DNA from: an uncultured delta proteobacterium
GTDB taxonomy: Bacteria; Desulfobacterota; WTBG01; CAIYCZ01; CAIRTM01
Reading direction: 5' to 3'
DNA length: 64,000 nucleotides
Assembly (NCBI GenBank): GCA_963804955.1
Contig: CAWDSQ010000011.1
Span: 94,399 to 158,398 of the forward strand
Shown here: piece by piece, positions 63,753 through 64,000 of the stretch
Layout: each line of letters opens with the position of its first letter
Position numbering within the stretch: the first letter of the stretch is position 1
Made by a program: the position numbers and the translations under genes
The notes under the pieces: generated by a model
Database searches by the model: none
Seen by the model: only the letters and a program-made list of their open reading frames with translations
What the model was told of the DNA's origin: nothing

Positions 63753-64000
63753 TAACACTGCCGCTTGACATGATGAGCAGGACCCCCCTCTTTTATATAA
63801 GAAGTAACTATATGAAAAAAAAGAGTGCCGCTGGCAGCGCGTCCTGTTCAGCTCGTAAGCTCTGCACAAAAAAGCTGCTCAGCTTCAGCTGCGCTTGGCT
63901 ATAATAACGAAAGCTTCAATGCTCGCCGCGCATGCAGAGATCAGGTGCTCAATAAAATCAGATTCGGCCGGTGCCTGGCAGCATTTTTCTACAAATATTC

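Overview
This is a bacterial chromosomal window, most consistent with a Desulfobacterota/deltaproteobacterium-like anaerobe (inferred from gene content and repeat families). The assembly is indel-rich: at least 12 otherwise intact genes, including the normally essential murJ, carry frameshifts. Housekeeping genes are clpB, murJ, ssb, galE, galT, a DEAD-box helicase, mtgA, a FadL-type porin and a cold-shock protein. An accessory region at about 8-21 kb holds a low-GC PaaK-like/GNAT block, three toxin-antitoxin loci, gene remnants, MITEs and long direct and inverted repeats. The main hidden signals are as follows. (1) At 57-64 kb, a c-di-GMP-I riboswitch precedes receiver and PilZ genes, followed by a PAS-LuxR regulator, a duplicated double-palindrome operator, a Cys-containing RiPP-precursor-like peptide and a Wzc-type polysaccharide kinase. 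(2) A UxxC selenoprotein of the DsbA/FrnE family has a SECIS-like hairpin. (3) An operon links a substrate-binding protein, histidine kinase, NtrC regulator and TonB-dependent receptor. (4) A B12 radical SAM enzyme carries a STAS-like tail. (5) An operon links a lycopene-cyclase-domain protein, a UbiA prenyltransferase and a UbiB kinase. No rRNA, tRNA or CRISPR array was seen. All family calls are by-eye motif recognition; no database searches were run.
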